Assembly (NCBI RefSeq): GCF_963921235.1
Contig: NC_086097.1
Coordinates: 159,466,001 to 159,530,000 of the forward strand
DNA: 64,000 bases
Direction of reading: 5' to 3'
From: Mobula hypostoma
Taxonomy: Eukaryota
Of the stretch, positions 13,373 to 25,691 are shown in pieces (the stretch's first letter is position 1; the number at the start of each line of letters is the position of its first letter). The notes below the pieces were generated by a model. That model was not told the DNA's origin, searched no databases, and saw only the letters and a list, made by a program, of their open reading frames with translations. The translations under genes and the position numbers were made by a program.

Positions 13373-13862
13373 GATTAGATTAGGTTATTATGAGGACACA
13401 CAGCTCTCTTTTATTGTCATTTAGTAATGCATGCATTAAGAAATAATACAATATTCCTCCGATGTGATATCACAGAAACACAAGACAGACCAAGAGTGAA
13501 AAACTGACAAAAACCACATTATCATAACATATAGTTACAACAATGCAAGCAATACCATAACTTGATGAAGAACAGGCCATGGGCATGGTTAAAAAAAGTT
13601 CAAAGTCTCTCGAAAGTCCCACATCTCACGCAGATGGGAGAAGGACGAAAACTCTCCCCGCCATGCCCGACCACAATCCGATTCTGAGTCGACCGAAAAC
13701 TTCGAGCCTCCGACCAGCCCTCCGACACCAAGCACCGAGCACCATCTCTGCTGAGCACTTCAACCCCAGCCCCAGCCACCAGCAGCAGGCAAAGCCAAGG
13801 ATCTAGGGCCTTCACTCCGGAGATTCTCGTTCGCACAGTAGCAGCGGCAGCAAACCGGGCAT
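13373..13862 (-). mobile_element. ~670-bp non-autonomous retroposon, copy 2 (5'-truncated)
   Basis: Reverse complement of about 1437-1958. Confidence 0.85.
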
Positions 13863-13876
13863 GTTGAAAAGGGGAC

Positions 13877-14061
13877 ACACATAAAAGTTGCTGGTGAATG
13901 CAGCAGTCCAGGCAGCATTTTTCAGTTAGTCCTGACGAAGGGTCTCGGCCTGAAACGTCGACTGCACCTCTTCCTAGAGATGCTGCCTGGCCTGCTGCGT
14001 TCACCAGCAACTTTTATGTGTGTTGCTTGAATTTCCAGCATCTGCAGAATTCCTGTTGTTT
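13877..14061 (+). mobile_element. Mini fold-back Penelope pLTR insertion
   Basis: 16-bp perfect TSD atgttgaaaaggggac (13861-13876, 14062-14077); about 43-bp inverted arm followed by pLTR and tail. Confidence 0.88.
13928..13963 (+). ncRNA. Minimal type I hammerhead ribozyme motif, intact core
   Basis: AGTC-CTGACGA-(A)GGGT ctcg GCCT-GAAAC-GTC^GACT; stem I AGTC/GACT; predicted cut after 13959. Confidence 0.8.
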
Positions 14062-15205
14062 ATGTTGAAAAGGGGACTATGTTGAAAAATTTTCCTTTGC
14101 TACATCGACAACAGCATTGGCGCTGCTTCCTGTACGCATGCTGAGCTCGTTGATTTTATTAACTTTGCCTCCAACTTTCACCCTGCCCTCAAGTTTACCT
14201 GATCCATTTCTGCCACCTCCCTCCCCTTTCTAGATCTTTCTGTCTCTATCTCTGGAGACAGCTTATCTACTGATGTCTACCATAAGCCTACTGACTCTCA
14301 CAGCTATCTGGACTATTCCTCTCCTCACCCTGTCTCTTGGAAAAATGCCATCCCCTTTTCGCAATTCCTCCGTCTCCGCCGCATCTGCTCTCAGGATGAG
14401 GCTTTTCATTCCAGGACGAAGGAGATGTCCTCCTTTTTTAAAGAAAGGGGCTTCCCTTCCTCCACCATCAAATCTGCTCTCAAACGCATCTCCCTCATTT
14501 CACGCACATCCTCTCTCACTCCTTCCTCCCGCCATCCCACTAGGAATAGGGCTCCCCTGGTCCTCACCTACCACCCCACCAGCCTCCGGGTCCAACATAT
14601 AATTCTCCGTAACTTCCGCCACCTCCAATGGGATCCCACCACTAGGTACATCTTTCCCTCCCCCCGCCGCTCACACACACAGGAATCGCTCCCTATGCGA
14701 CTCCCTTGTCAATTTGTCCCTCCATCCCTCCCCAACAATCTCCCTCCTGGCACTTATCCTTGTAAGCGGAATAAGTGTTACACATGCCCTTACACTTCCT
14801 CCCTCACTACCATTCAGGGCCCCAGACAGTCCTTCCAGGTGAGGCGACACTTCACCTGTGAGTTGGCTGGGGTGATATATTGCGTCCGGTGCTCCCGATG
14901 TGGCCTTCTATATATTGGCGAGACCCAACGCAGACTGGGAGATCATTTTGCTGAACACCTACGCTCTGTCCACCAGAGAAAGCAGGATCTCCCAGTGGCC
15001 ACACATTTTAATTCCACGTCCCATTCTCATTCTGATATGAATATCCACGGCCTCCTCTACTGTAAAGATGAAGCCAGACTCAGGTTGGAGGAACAACACC
15101 TTATATTCCGTCTGGGTAACCTCCAAACTGATGGCATGAACATTGACTTCTCAAACTTCCGCTAATCCCCCACCTCCCCCTCGTACCCCATCCGTTATTT
15201 ATTTA

Positions 15206-18021
15206 CTCTATTGGGGGTATTCTATAGGCCCCCTGGTAGCAGCAGAGATACAGAGGAGCAGATTGGGAGGCAGATTTTGGAAAGGAACAAAAGTAACAGG
15301 GTTGTTATCATGGGTGACTTTAACTTCCCTAATATTGATTGGCACCTGATTAGTTCCAAGGATTTAGATGGGGCAGAGTTTGTTAAGTGTATCCAGGACG
15401 GATTCCTGTCACAGTATGTGGACAGGCCGACCAGGAGGAATGCCATACTAGATCTAGTACTAGGTAATGAACCAGGTCAGGTCACAGATCTCTCAGTGGG
15501 TGAGCATCTGGGGGACAGTGACCACCGCTCCCTGGCCTTTAGCATTATCATGAAAAAGGATAGAATCAGAGACGACAGGAAAATTTTTAATTGGGGAAAG
15601 GCAAATTATGAGGCTATAAGGCTAGAACTTGCGGGTGTGAATTGGGATGATGTTTTTGCAGGGAAATGTACTATGGACATGTGGTCGATGTTTAGAGATC
15701 TCTTTCAGGATGTTAGGGATAAATTTGTCCCGGTGAGGAAGATGAAGACTGGTAGGGTGAAGGAACCATGGGTGACAAATGAGGTGGAAAATCTAGTCAG
15801 GAGGAAGAAGGCAGCATACATGAGGTTTAGGAAGCAAGGATCAGCTGGGTCTATTGAGGAATATAGGGAAGCAAGAAAGGAGCTTAAGAAGGGGCTGAGA
15901 AGAGCAAGAAGGGGGCATGAGAAGGCCTTGGCGAGTAGGGTAAAGGAAAACCCCAAGGCATTCTTCAATTATGTGAAGAAAAAAAGGATGACAGGAGTGA
16001 AGGTAGGACAGATTAGAGATAAAGGTGGGAAGATGTGCCTGGAGGTTGTGGAAGTGAGTGAGGTCCTCAATGAATACTTCTCTTCGGTATTCACCAATGA
16101 GAGGGAACTTGATGGTGGTGAGGACACTATGAGTGAGGTTGATATTCTGGAGCATGTTGATATTAAGGGAGAGGAGGTGTTGGAGTTGTTAAAATACATT
16201 AGGACGGGTAAGTCCCTGGGACCTGACGGAATATTCCCGAGGTTGCTCCACGAGGTGAGGGAAGAGATTGCAGAGCCTCTGGCTAGGATCTTTATGTCCT
16301 CGTTGTTCACGGGAATGGTACCGGAGGATTGGAGGGAGGCGAATGTTGTCCCCTTGTTCAAAAAAGGTAGTAGGGATAGTACGAGGGGGAGGTGGGGCAA
16401 TAGTGGAAGTTTGATTAATTATCCCTGGGTAATTATAGACCAGAGAGCCTTATGTCTGTGGTGGGAAAGCTGTTGGAAAGGATTCTTAGAGATAGGATCT
16501 ATAGGCATTTGGAGAATCATGGTCTGATCAGGGACAGTCAGCATGGCTTTGTGAAGGGCAGATTGTGTCTAACAAGCCTGATAGGCAACAGGAATTCTGC
16601 AGATGCTGGAAATTCAAGCAACACACATAAAAGTTGCTGGTGAACGCAGCAGGCCAGGCAGCATCTCTAGGAAGAGGTGCAGTCGACGTTTCAGGCCGAG
16701 ACCCTTCGTCACGAAGGGTCTCAGCCTGAAATGTCGACTGCACCTCTTCCTAGAGATGCTGCCTGGCCTGCTGCGTTCACCAGCAACTTTTATGTGTGAA
16801 GCCTGTTAGAGTTCTTTGAGGAGGTGACCAGGCATATAGATGAGGGTAGTGCAGTGGATGTGATCTATATGGATTTTAGTAAGGCATTTGACAAGGTTCC
16901 ACATGGTAGGCTTATTCAGAAAGTTAGAAGGCATGGGATCCAGGGAAGTTTGGCCAGGTGGATTTAGAATTGGCTTGCCTGCAGAAGGCAGAGGGTGGTG
17001 GTGGAGGGAGTACATTCAGATTGGAGATTGTGACTAGTGGTGTCCCACAAGGATCTGTTCTGGGACCTCTACTTTTCATGATTTTTATTAACGACCTGGA
17101 TGTGGGGGTAGAAGGGTGGGTTGGCAAGTTTGCGGAAGACACAAAGGTTGTTGGTGTTGTAGATAGTGTTGAGGATTGTCAAAGATTGCAGAGAGACATT
17201 GATAGGATGCAGGAGTGAACTGAGAAGTGGCAGATGGAGTTCAACTCGGAGAAGTGTGAGGTGGTACACTTTGGAAGGACAAACTCCAAGGCAGAGTACA
17301 AAGTAAATGGCAGGATATTTGGTAGTGTGGAGGAGCAGAGGGATCTCGGGGTACATGTCCACAGATCCATGAAAGTTGCCTCACAGGTGGATAAGGTAGT
17401 TAAGAAAGCTCATGGGGTGTTAGCTTTCATAAGTCGAGGGACAGAGTTTGAGAGTCGCGATGTAATGATGCAGCTCTATAAAACTCTGGTTTGGCCACAC
17501 TTGGAGTACTGTGTCCAATTCTGGTCACCTCACTATAGGAAGGATGTGGAAGCATTTGAAAGGGTCCAGAGGAGATTTACCCGGATGCTGCCTGGTTTAG
17601 AAAGTATGCATTATGATCAGAGATTAAGGGAGCTAGGGCTTTACTCTTTGGAGAGAAGGAGAATGAGAGGAGACATGATAGAGGTGTACAAGATAGTAAG
17701 AGGAATAGATAGAGTGGATAGCCAGTGCCTCTTCACCAGGGCACCACTGCTCAATACAAGAGGACGTGGCTTTAAGGTAAGGGGTGGGAAGTTCAAGGAG
17801 GATATTAGAGGAATATTTTTTACTCAGAGAGTGGTTGGTGCGTGAAATGCACTGCCTGAGTCAGTGGTGGAGGCAGATACACTAGTGAAGTTTAAGAGAC
17901 TACTAGACAGGTATATGGAGGAATTTAAGTTGGGGGCTTATATGGGAGGCAGGGTTTGAGGGTCGGCACAACATTGTGGGCCGAAGGGCCTGTACTGTGC
18001 TGTACTGTTCTATGTTCTATG
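15206..18021 (+). mobile_element. CR1 LINE, 5'-truncated within APE, relatively young
   Basis: 438-aa open stretch (YRPP, GDFNFP, GDSDH, GPDG), [15 protein letters not shown], (tgttcta)n tail. Confidence 0.95.
16585..16798. mobile_element. Palindromic mini Penelope pLTR insertion inside CR1
   Basis: Arms about 16622-16708 and 16711-16797 are reverse complements; TSD aagcctg(a/t)tag at 16574-16584 and 16799-16809. Confidence 0.9.
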
Positions 18022-18278
18022 TTTATATACACACATTCTTTTTCTCTCTCTTCTTTTTCTCCCTCTATCCCTCTGACTATACCCCTTGCCCATCCTTTGG
18101 TTTTTCCCCTCCTCCCCCTTTTCTTTCTCCCTAGTCCTCCTGTCCCATGATCCTCTCATATCCCTTTTGCCAATCAACTGTCTAGTTCTTGGCTCCATCC
18201 CTCCCCCTCCTGTCTTCTCCTATCATTTCAAATCTCCCCCTCCCCCTCTCAAATCCCTTACTAGCTCTTCTTTCAGTT

Positions 18279-18314
18279 AGTCCTGACGAAGGCTCTCAGC
18301 CCGAAACGTCGACT
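18279..18314 (+). ncRNA. Minimal hammerhead motif, intact core with variant stem II
   Basis: AGTC CTGACGA aggctctcagccc GAAAC GTC GACT. Confidence 0.7.
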
Positions 18315-20054
18315 GTACCTCTTCCTAGAGATGCTGCCTGGCCTGCTGCGCTCACCAGCAACTTTTATGTGTGTTGTTTGAAAAATAAATGTGCTAGGTT
18401 TTCTAAAATTGATTCCTTCTACCTTAGGCCTCAAACTTATCAATCACACCTCATAAGTCTTCCACTTAGCAAATCAGAAGCTAAGGGGTTGGTAGGGTTA
18501 AGGATTAGGGGATTATGTCAAGACTTGTGGGATAATGGGCATAAGGGAGGACATCTTTACAGAATACATAAAACTGCTGGGTTGATGGGAGAAGGGGGTA
18601 AAATGAGAAGTGAAGGAATTATATTGATTTGACTTAGAATTAGGCATACTATGCTTCATTATTCCTTAGATCTTGTTGGAAAACATTACTCTGGGGTGTG
18701 TAGGTTTTGTCATCATTATGAAATGTTTGAAGACATAATATTATAGAGTGAAGCATATAAGGTGGATAGAAATCAAAATCAGGCTTCATTACTATCTTTG
18801 GGGTTGTTAGTTTACATTTAAAAACTTTAAGTTATGGAAGTGACTTTAATTTAATTCACAATATTGTATTTAATTATTTACAATTTTTAGGGCTGTTTGG
18901 GGTAATGTAGTTGTCATTTGATGAAAAACTAGTTGGGGTTTTGTTTCCCAGTTCTCAACACCACACTCCAGTCCAGTTGGTGGCGATAATGCACCTTTAA
19001 GTTGGACTGCCAGCTGCCATTAAAAGTCAGTGGAAGAAGACTTCCCTCACACCCAAGAGGATACATACATGGATAATATTTTACATCTTAAAGTACTTGT
19101 AGCAGAATGCCCCATTAAAGCAAATTAGTATCTACTCACCAGTTGATCATCTGTGACATTTTAAGTAGGACATTTTAAGGTACAATAAAACTCTGATATC
19201 CAGTCCACTTAGGGCTTTCGTAGAAATTGACTAGCAGAATCTCCAGAATATTGGATGTCACTCTCTTAAGGGAACAGCTGTGCTTAGGGAAGAATTAAAT
19301 TGCCTGTGCAAGATGTTGTATAATAATAGGCATACAATTTGGAATAGGTACCACTGGATCATTAACTTCCTTACCAGGAGACCACAGTCTGTGTGGATTG
19401 GAGGTAACACCCTCTCACTGACAATCAACACTGGCACACCTCAATGATATGTGGCTAGGCACAGCTCAAATGCCACCTATAAATTTACCAATGACACAAC
19501 TATTGTATGGAAGAATTTCAGATAGTGATGAGGAGGTGTACAGGAGTGAGATAGATCAGCTGGTTGAGTGGTGTCAAAGCAACAACATTGCACTCAACAT
19601 CAGTAACAGCAAGGAATTGATTGTGGACTTCAAGAAGGAGAACAAAAATGAAGGAAAATACTCCAGTCTTTATTGAGGTATCAGAAGTGGAAAGGGTGAG
19701 CAATTTCAAGTCCATGGGTGTTAATACATTCTGATGAAATATCCTGGGCCAAACATACTGATGTAATTACAAAGATGCATAACAGCATCTATTTTCATTG
19801 AGAGTTTGAGAGTAATTTGTACGTCACCAAAGACACTCGCAGATTTCCACAGAGGTGCTGTGATATTCAAACTGATTGCATCACCGTCTGATATGGAGGA
19901 GCCACTGCACAAGGTCGGAAGAAGCTGCAGAAAGTTGTGAAATAAGCCAGCTCCATCATGGACACTAGGCTCCCCAGCTTCCACATCATCAATGCTGCAC
20001 AACTTCATGTGTGTAACCCATTATAGCATGCCATGGGCACTAGTCTTCCCAGCA

Positions 20055-21338
20055 TGCATCACATTGAGCACGGGGCCCCCCAGGGCTGTGTGCTCAGTCC
20101 CTTACTGTTCACTCTGCTGACCTACGACTGTGCAGCAATACACAGCTCGAATCACATCATCAAGTTTGCCGATGGCACAACCTTGGAGGGTCTCATCAGC
20201 AAGAATGATGAGTCAGCATACAGAGAGGAGGTACAGAGCCAACAACCTGTCCCTGAATGTGGACAAAACAAAAGAGATCGTTGTTGACTTCAAGAGAGCA
20301 CGGAGCGACCACTCTCTGCTGAACATTAATGGCTCCTCCATTGAAATCGTTAAGAGAACCAAATTTCTTGGTGTTCACCTGGCGGAGAATCTCACCTGGT
20401 CCCTCAACACCAGCTCCATAGCCAGGAAAGCCCAGCAGCATCTCTACTTCCTGCGAAGGCTGAGAAAAGTCCATCTCCCACCCCTCATCCTCACCACATT
20501 CTACAGAGGATGTATCAAGAGTACCCTGAGTAGCTGCATCACTGCTTGGTTCGGGAATTGCATCGTCTCAAATCACTACACCCTGCAGCGGATAATGAGG
20601 TCAGCTGAGAAGATCATCGGGGTCTCTCTTCCCGCTATTGCAGACATTTACACCACACGCTACACCCACAAAGCTAACAGTATTGTGAAGGACCCCATGC
20701 ATCCCTCATACAAACTCTTCTCCCTCCTGCCATCTGGCAGAAGGTACCGAAGCATTCGGGCTCTCACGACCTGACTGTGCAACAGTTTCTTCCCCCAAGC
20801 CATCAGACTCCTCAATACTCAGAGTCTAGATAGACATCTACATCATTTATTATTATATTGTAATTTGTCCTCTACTGTGCCTAATATCTTGTTTATTAAT
20901 TATTGTACTGCCCAGCACTTTCCTGTGCAGGTCTTAAACACAAAATAATCTGCAGATGCTGGGATCAAAGCAACACTTACAGTATGCCGGAGGAACTCGG
21001 CAGGCCGGGCAGCATCAGTGGAAACGATGAATCGACATTTTGGGCCGGAACCTGACAATGTGTTCCGGCCCAAAATGTCGACTCATCGTTTCCACTGATG
21101 CTGCCCGGCCTGCTGAGTTCCTCTGGCATACTGTAAGTGTTCCGGTGCAGGTCTGTAGTCTAGTGCAGTTTTTATGTTGTTTTACGTAGTCTAGTGTAGC
21201 CTTGTGCTGTCTCACATAGTCTAGTGTAGTTTTGTGTTGTTTCATGTAGTACCAGGGTCCTGGAGGAACGTTTCACTTTTGCTGTGTACTGTACCAGAAG
21301 CTTATGATCGAAATGACAATAAACTTGACTTGACTTGA
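20055..21338 (+). mobile_element. Younger Rex-Babar LINE 3' part
   Basis: [37 protein letters not shown]; (cttga)n tail after atgacaataaa. Confidence 0.88.
20935..21140. mobile_element. Palindromic mini Penelope-related element (second subfamily)
   Basis: About 80-bp inverted arms; extra tail on the left arm; TSD tcc(t/g)gtgcaggtct at 20921-20934 and 21141-21154. Confidence 0.85.
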
Positions 21339-21434
21339 CCTTCAAACAGCAATGCCCCTAAAAGGCAGTATCCATCATTAAGGACATCCATCACCCCGGA
21401 GATGCGCTCTTCTCATTGTTACCATCAAAAAGGA

Positions 21435-22177
21435 TTCAAAGAACATTTATTATCAAAGATTTTAGAATACAACTCAGAGATTAGTCCTCCCACAGGCAGC
21501 CATGAAACAAAGGAACACCGTGGAAACCTTTGAAGAGAACATCAAACACCCAACGTATGAAAAAAGAACAAATTGTGTAAATAGCAGAATGCTAGCAGAC
21601 AACACATAGAATATCAAATATTAAACCTGGAGTACAGTAGTATTCAGTTTAGACCATAAGACCATAAGACAAAGGAGCAGAAGTCAGCCATTCGGCCCAT
21701 CGAGTCTGCGCCACCATTTTATCATGAGCTGATCCATTCTCTCATTTAGTCCCACTCCCCCGCCTTCTCACTGTAACCTTTGATGCCCTGGCTCCTCAGA
21801 TACTCAGTTTAGTTCAGTTTAGTGTCTTACTGCAGGCCACAAGGAAGCATTCTTCGCAGAAGTACCCCAGATTGCATTGATTATCCCAATTAAACTGTTT
21901 AAAAAAAATCAAATAAAGAGTAACCAGAATCCAGGAATACTTGCAACATGAACCCCAAACTTCCCCAAAATGAGTCCACAGCCTCTCTGATCAATCCTTG
22001 CAACGTGGATCCCAAGACTCATACACTTTCCTCGGATAGCAGCTAGTGAGAGGGAGAGGAAGACTAGTGAAGCACAGGCAGATGGACCCGAATACCCACC
22101 CGTCCTTTGCTCTTGTTCTCATTGACAACAATCTTGCTCGTAGTCTCAATTGTAGAAAATCAATGGAGCCAATCATG
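21435..22177 (-). mobile_element. Unclassified non-coding retroposon-like insert, containing a short CR1 3' end at 21653-21800
   Basis: Splits the Rex C-terminus; LINE-type tail attcaaagaacatttattatcaaag; the CR1 piece is flanked by ta(t/c)tcagtttag. Confidence 0.55.
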
Positions 22178-22612
22178 GAGGTACTGCAGCTTGAAGACAC
22201 ACACTCAACATTTCATGAACAGCTTCTTCCCCTCTGGCATCAGACTTCTGAATGGACAATGTACCCATGAACACTAGCTCAATGTTTTTTCCCCACTCTA
22301 TTTGCACTTCTTAGTGTATTTGATTTAATTTACTTCTTATTGTAATACATAGTTTTATTATTATGTATTGCAATGTAGTGGTGCTGCAAAATGACAAATT
22401 TCATGATATATGCTAATAATATTAAACCTGATTCTGATATCTATTCATTAAGAAAGGTAAAATGTGTAGGAACTCGGTAGGAATATAATTCTGCACAAAA
22501 TCCATGAAACTACCATCAATTGTCAAATGGAGATAGATCAAGTGACAATAGATTATTGCAACTTGGAAATGTTTTATACTTTATTTTTAAAAGTTGGGTC
22601 CCGACAAAGGGG

Positions 22613-22714
22613 ATTAGTCCTGACGAAGGGTCTCGGCCTGAAACGTGGACTGTACCTCTTCCTAGAGATGCTGCCTGGCCTGCTGCGTTCACCAGCAACT
22701 TTGACGTGTGTTGT
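22613..22714 (+). mobile_element. Short Penelope pLTR fragment with hammerhead (GTG at the cleavage triplet)
   Basis: ttagtcctgacgaagggtctcggcctgaaacgtggact... Confidence 0.85.
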
Positions 22715-23424
22715 TTATTGAATGTGACTTGTTTTTTGTTTAAAGTAGGCTCCTTGCTATTTTGACTATTTTGCACATGAATAGAAGCCAGAATGTAGTC
22801 CAAACACACAACCATTTTCAGTGGCATTCTCTTAACCATTTCTTGTTTGTAGTTTGATAATGATAGTTCTCTTGTCATTTCAATTTCAAACTAACATCAC
22901 AAGCCTGAAAAGTAAGTATTTTGAAGAAATTTTTTTTTGAAAATTGGTCTTTGATTGTTCCTTTAAATTGATAAATGTTATTGACTATGAATAATCTTGT
23001 GACTGATATCCATGTTGAAATCAGTTTCAATTTGAAGACTTATCAATGAGTTATAATTTTCAGTCAATATTCCTTGATAGCACTGTCTAAGCAGTTTACA
23101 TTCTTTGATGATGATTAAGGTGAAATTAATTGGGGGGTAATCAGTTCAATTGGAATTGTCATGGATTTTATGAACATATCTAGGTGATTTTCCACATTAT
23201 CAGGTCGATATCAGCATTGTAATTTTACTGAATCAGTGTGGCTGGAGGCCTTAAGATTATTGAATGGTTGTAGAAGCCAGTCTCATTCAGTAATATCCTC
23301 AGGGAAGGAAATCCATCACTTTTGTCTGAGTTATATGCAACAGAGCCTGAACAGAGTGCTCAATGATCAACTGCCCTTTGGAATGACCCAGAAATTTCTC
23401 TGGCTCAGGGAACAGTGAAAGATG

Positions 23425-23662
23425 GCAGCCCATTCTGTAAGAGACTCTGTACATCCTCCCTGTGCGATGTATGGGAATCTCTGGGTCCTCCTGTTTCCTT
23501 CCACAGTCCCAAGACATACTGGGCAGGTTAACTGATCATTGTAAATTGGCCCATGATTAGGTTGGGTTAATTGGATTTGTCAGGGGTTGCTGGGGTGGTG
23601 TAGTCTGACAGTTTGGAAGGACCAATTCTGTACTGCATTACTAAATTAAAAAAATACATAAA
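23425..23662 (+). mobile_element. V-SINE-type SINE, degenerate
   Basis: Core ctcctgtttccttccacagtcccaagacatac...ggttaactgatcattgtaaattg; A-rich tail. Confidence 0.65.
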
Positions 23663-23785
23663 ATGCATGTTGGCCAAACCAGCAGCATCCACATAACATG
23701 AACACTACTTAAACAACAATGCAATTATTCCATCTATTCTATTCCACAAAATATTAAAATAACCAGTGAATTTCTTTCCTTTTAC

Positions 23786-23889
23786 AGGAGGAAACATTTC
23801 CACCTCTAAAGTCAAAGCTTCCATATCATATTTAGAACCATACAACACAGGAAAAAGGTGTCTCTGAAGGTTCTCAATCATCATGGTCA
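23786..23889 (-). CDS. Predicted internal exon, phase 1-0 (MTMMIENLQRHLFPVLYGSKYDMEALTLEVEMFPP); donor uncertain
   Basis: Acceptor gatatacag|TG completes ATG with the upstream exon; donor CCT|gtaaaa, alternative GAG|gtggaa at 23804. Confidence 0.55.
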
Positions 23890-23909
23890 CTGTATATCAA
23901 GCAGTAGTA

Positions 23910-24437
23910 AATCAAGGCAACTGGACTTGCTGTGGTGTCTAGAAGACATTTCAACACTCATCCACAAGGCTTCTTCAACTCTGATCCATGGTGGGTAGCT
24001 TTCTGACTTGTAGAATCTATGAGTTGTTTAAAGGTATAGCAATCATGTGAGGGTCGTTAAAAGTCTTAGAGGTAATGAGGATGTCATTAGTCTTATCTTT
24101 GCATGAATGGAGATGTGAGCTGTTGTGGAGACACTGGGGTATAGGTGTTAGGACTACATTGTAAGTAGTTGATAGGTGGTGTCATACCCCACCTCCTCTG
24201 TTCTGGGTTATCAGCTACTTACAGTGCAGTTCTAACGTCTCTACACTGGCACTTCCACAAAAGTTCACACCTCCATTCATGCAAAGGTAAGACTAATGAC
24301 CCTCTCATTACCTTTATGACCCTTAACAATGCTCAGATGATTGCAATACCTTTAAACAACTACAGAGTTTATAAACCAGAAAACTAGGCACCATGGATCA
24401 GAATTGAAGAAGCCTCTTGGATGAGTGGTGATATGAC
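23910..24437. mobile_element. Old fold-back Penelope of a different family
   Basis: Diverged inverted arms about 23945-24173 and 24207-24437; minus strand reads NRGGGV*HHLSTTYNVVL (PLE C-terminus); decayed tgaagaagcc..ggatgag..gaaatgtc motif. Confidence 0.75.
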
Positions 24438-24913
24438 ACCAGGATCCACCATCAGAGGCCTGGTTGATCCCTACAGCCCCTTCTGCTGCACAGGATGACC
24501 ATAACAATGAGGATACATTTTACATATCCTTTCCATTGGTGTTGTTATGCTCTCAAACTGGGAATTCCACCTCTACCTCTATTAACACTTCTGCATTTCT
24601 TCTTGCAACACTTCAATTTGTACTACTATACTTGCACCTTTCTACTGTTTTGCACTTATGACTGTATTGTAACTATGTATACTGTTTCCCCTGTGAGCTA
24701 CATACAAATAATTTCATGATTCCTTGGTGTGCATACATAACAAAAAACTAATCAGAATTTGCAGGTAAAAAACAGGAAAACATTGGTATGTACTTCATGA
24801 AGCTTGGAAACTCCATTTACATAAATGAGACTAGTCTTGATGTGACAGGCATGACGTGGCAAGTTGAGTCATAAACTGTGCTCTACCCATTCAGCACAAA
24901 ATAATCCTGAATA

Positions 24914-25172
24914 GATAGATAGACATAGTTTATTGATCCTGAGGGAAATAGGGTTTTGTTACAGTTGCACCAACCAAGAATAGAGTATAAAAAGCAATAT
25001 AAACCATAAATAATTAAATAATATGTAAATTATGCCAGATGGAAATAAGTCCAGGACCAGCCTATTGGCTCAGAGTGTCTGACCCTCCAAGGGAGGAGTT
25101 GTAAAGTTTGATAGCCACAGGCAGGAATGGCTTCCTATGACGCTCAGTGTTGCATCTCGGTGGAATGAGTCT
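24914..25172 (-). mobile_element. Short 5'-truncated LINE 3' end (Rex/L2-like)
   Basis: (gata)n tail followed by tttattgatcc; TSD ctgaata at 24907-24913 and 25173-25179. Confidence 0.6.
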
Positions 25173-25334
25173 CTGAATACTGTTTGGATTCAGTGATGTG
25201 TGTATTGGTGGTGCAAATGATGCACTGGTGTCAGGCTTCTGCTGAACAATTTAATGAACACATTTTTCTTAGAAAGAGCATAGCTGAAGGTTCTCTCATG
25301 AACATGGACTAGAAAACACTGAAAAGAAAACTAA

Positions 25335-25518
25335 AATTACAGGTGCTGGAGAACTGAAATAAAGGCTGAAACGCTAGAGGTACCTAGCAGGTGAGTCTGT
25401 ATTTGTGGAGAGAGGAACATAGTCTTCGGTTATGATGGATCATTGACTGAAATGCTAACTCTGTTTCCCTACCATGCCAATTGTCTGCTGAGTAATTCCA
25501 GAATTTTTTGTATTTATA
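25335..25518. mobile_element. Ancient degenerate fold-back element resembling the mini Penelope palindromes
   Basis: acaggtgctgga...agcaggtgagtctgtatttgtggagagag vs ctctgtttccctaccatgc...tctgctgagtaattccag. Confidence 0.5.
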
Positions 25519-25691
25519 GTAGGAGCAAGTTAAATGTAATAGTGCTCAGTTCATAAAGGTCAAAAATAAACTATTTCTGGAAATATAAGCTAAAAATAGA
25601 AAATACTCAGTTGGACTCTAACTTTCTCTAGATTCTATCAAAAATCTCAGTGACCTTTCATAAGAATCTGAAACATACGTTCCATTTGTAC

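Larger units (their letters stand above)
14091..18377 (+). mobile_element. Penelope-like element (RT C-terminus, GIY-YIG, pLTR), split by CR1 at 15206-18021
   Basis: YIDN, CKRNKCYTC, VIYCVRCSRCGLLYIGETQR, GMNIDF; 3' part resumes about 18022; TSD ttgaaaaat at 14082-14090 and 18378-18386. Confidence 0.92.
12975..18453. mobile_element. Mariner-derived MITE, about 75-bp TIRs, TA TSD, split by later insertions
   Basis: TA|cgagtggtgattgataag...atttttc (12975-13048) is the reverse complement of 18380-18453|TA; internal sequence encodes the mariner C-terminus FYKEGICMLYDH*TKCVHVG..GDYVEK. Confidence 0.88.
12815..19040 (+). mobile_element. Nimb/I-group LINE 3' portion (RNase H and CCHC), split into 12815-12974 and 18456-19040
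   Basis: FLWVPTYRGVEGNEWVDCLAK RNase H motif; rejoins in frame (SSVDI|SLPLSKSE); LRIRHT..GKH..CRFC zinc knuckle; 3' end ggtggcgataatgcacc...gaagaaga. Confidence 0.75.
19355..22440 (+). mobile_element. Old Rex-Babar LINE fragment hosting several insertions
   Basis: DEEVYRSEIDQLVEWCQSNNIALNISN; pieces resume at about 21340 and 22178; tail attaaacctgattctga. Confidence 0.7.

Noticed and set aside
16585..16798. DNA-transposon MITE or pre-miRNA
   Set aside because: Arms are Penelope pLTR sequence, asymmetric, and TSD length varies between copies
22813..22904. Exon FEIEMTRELSLSNYKQEM
   Set aside because: The strong acceptor leads to stops in all frames, the alternative sites are weak, and the chain closes without it; not excluded
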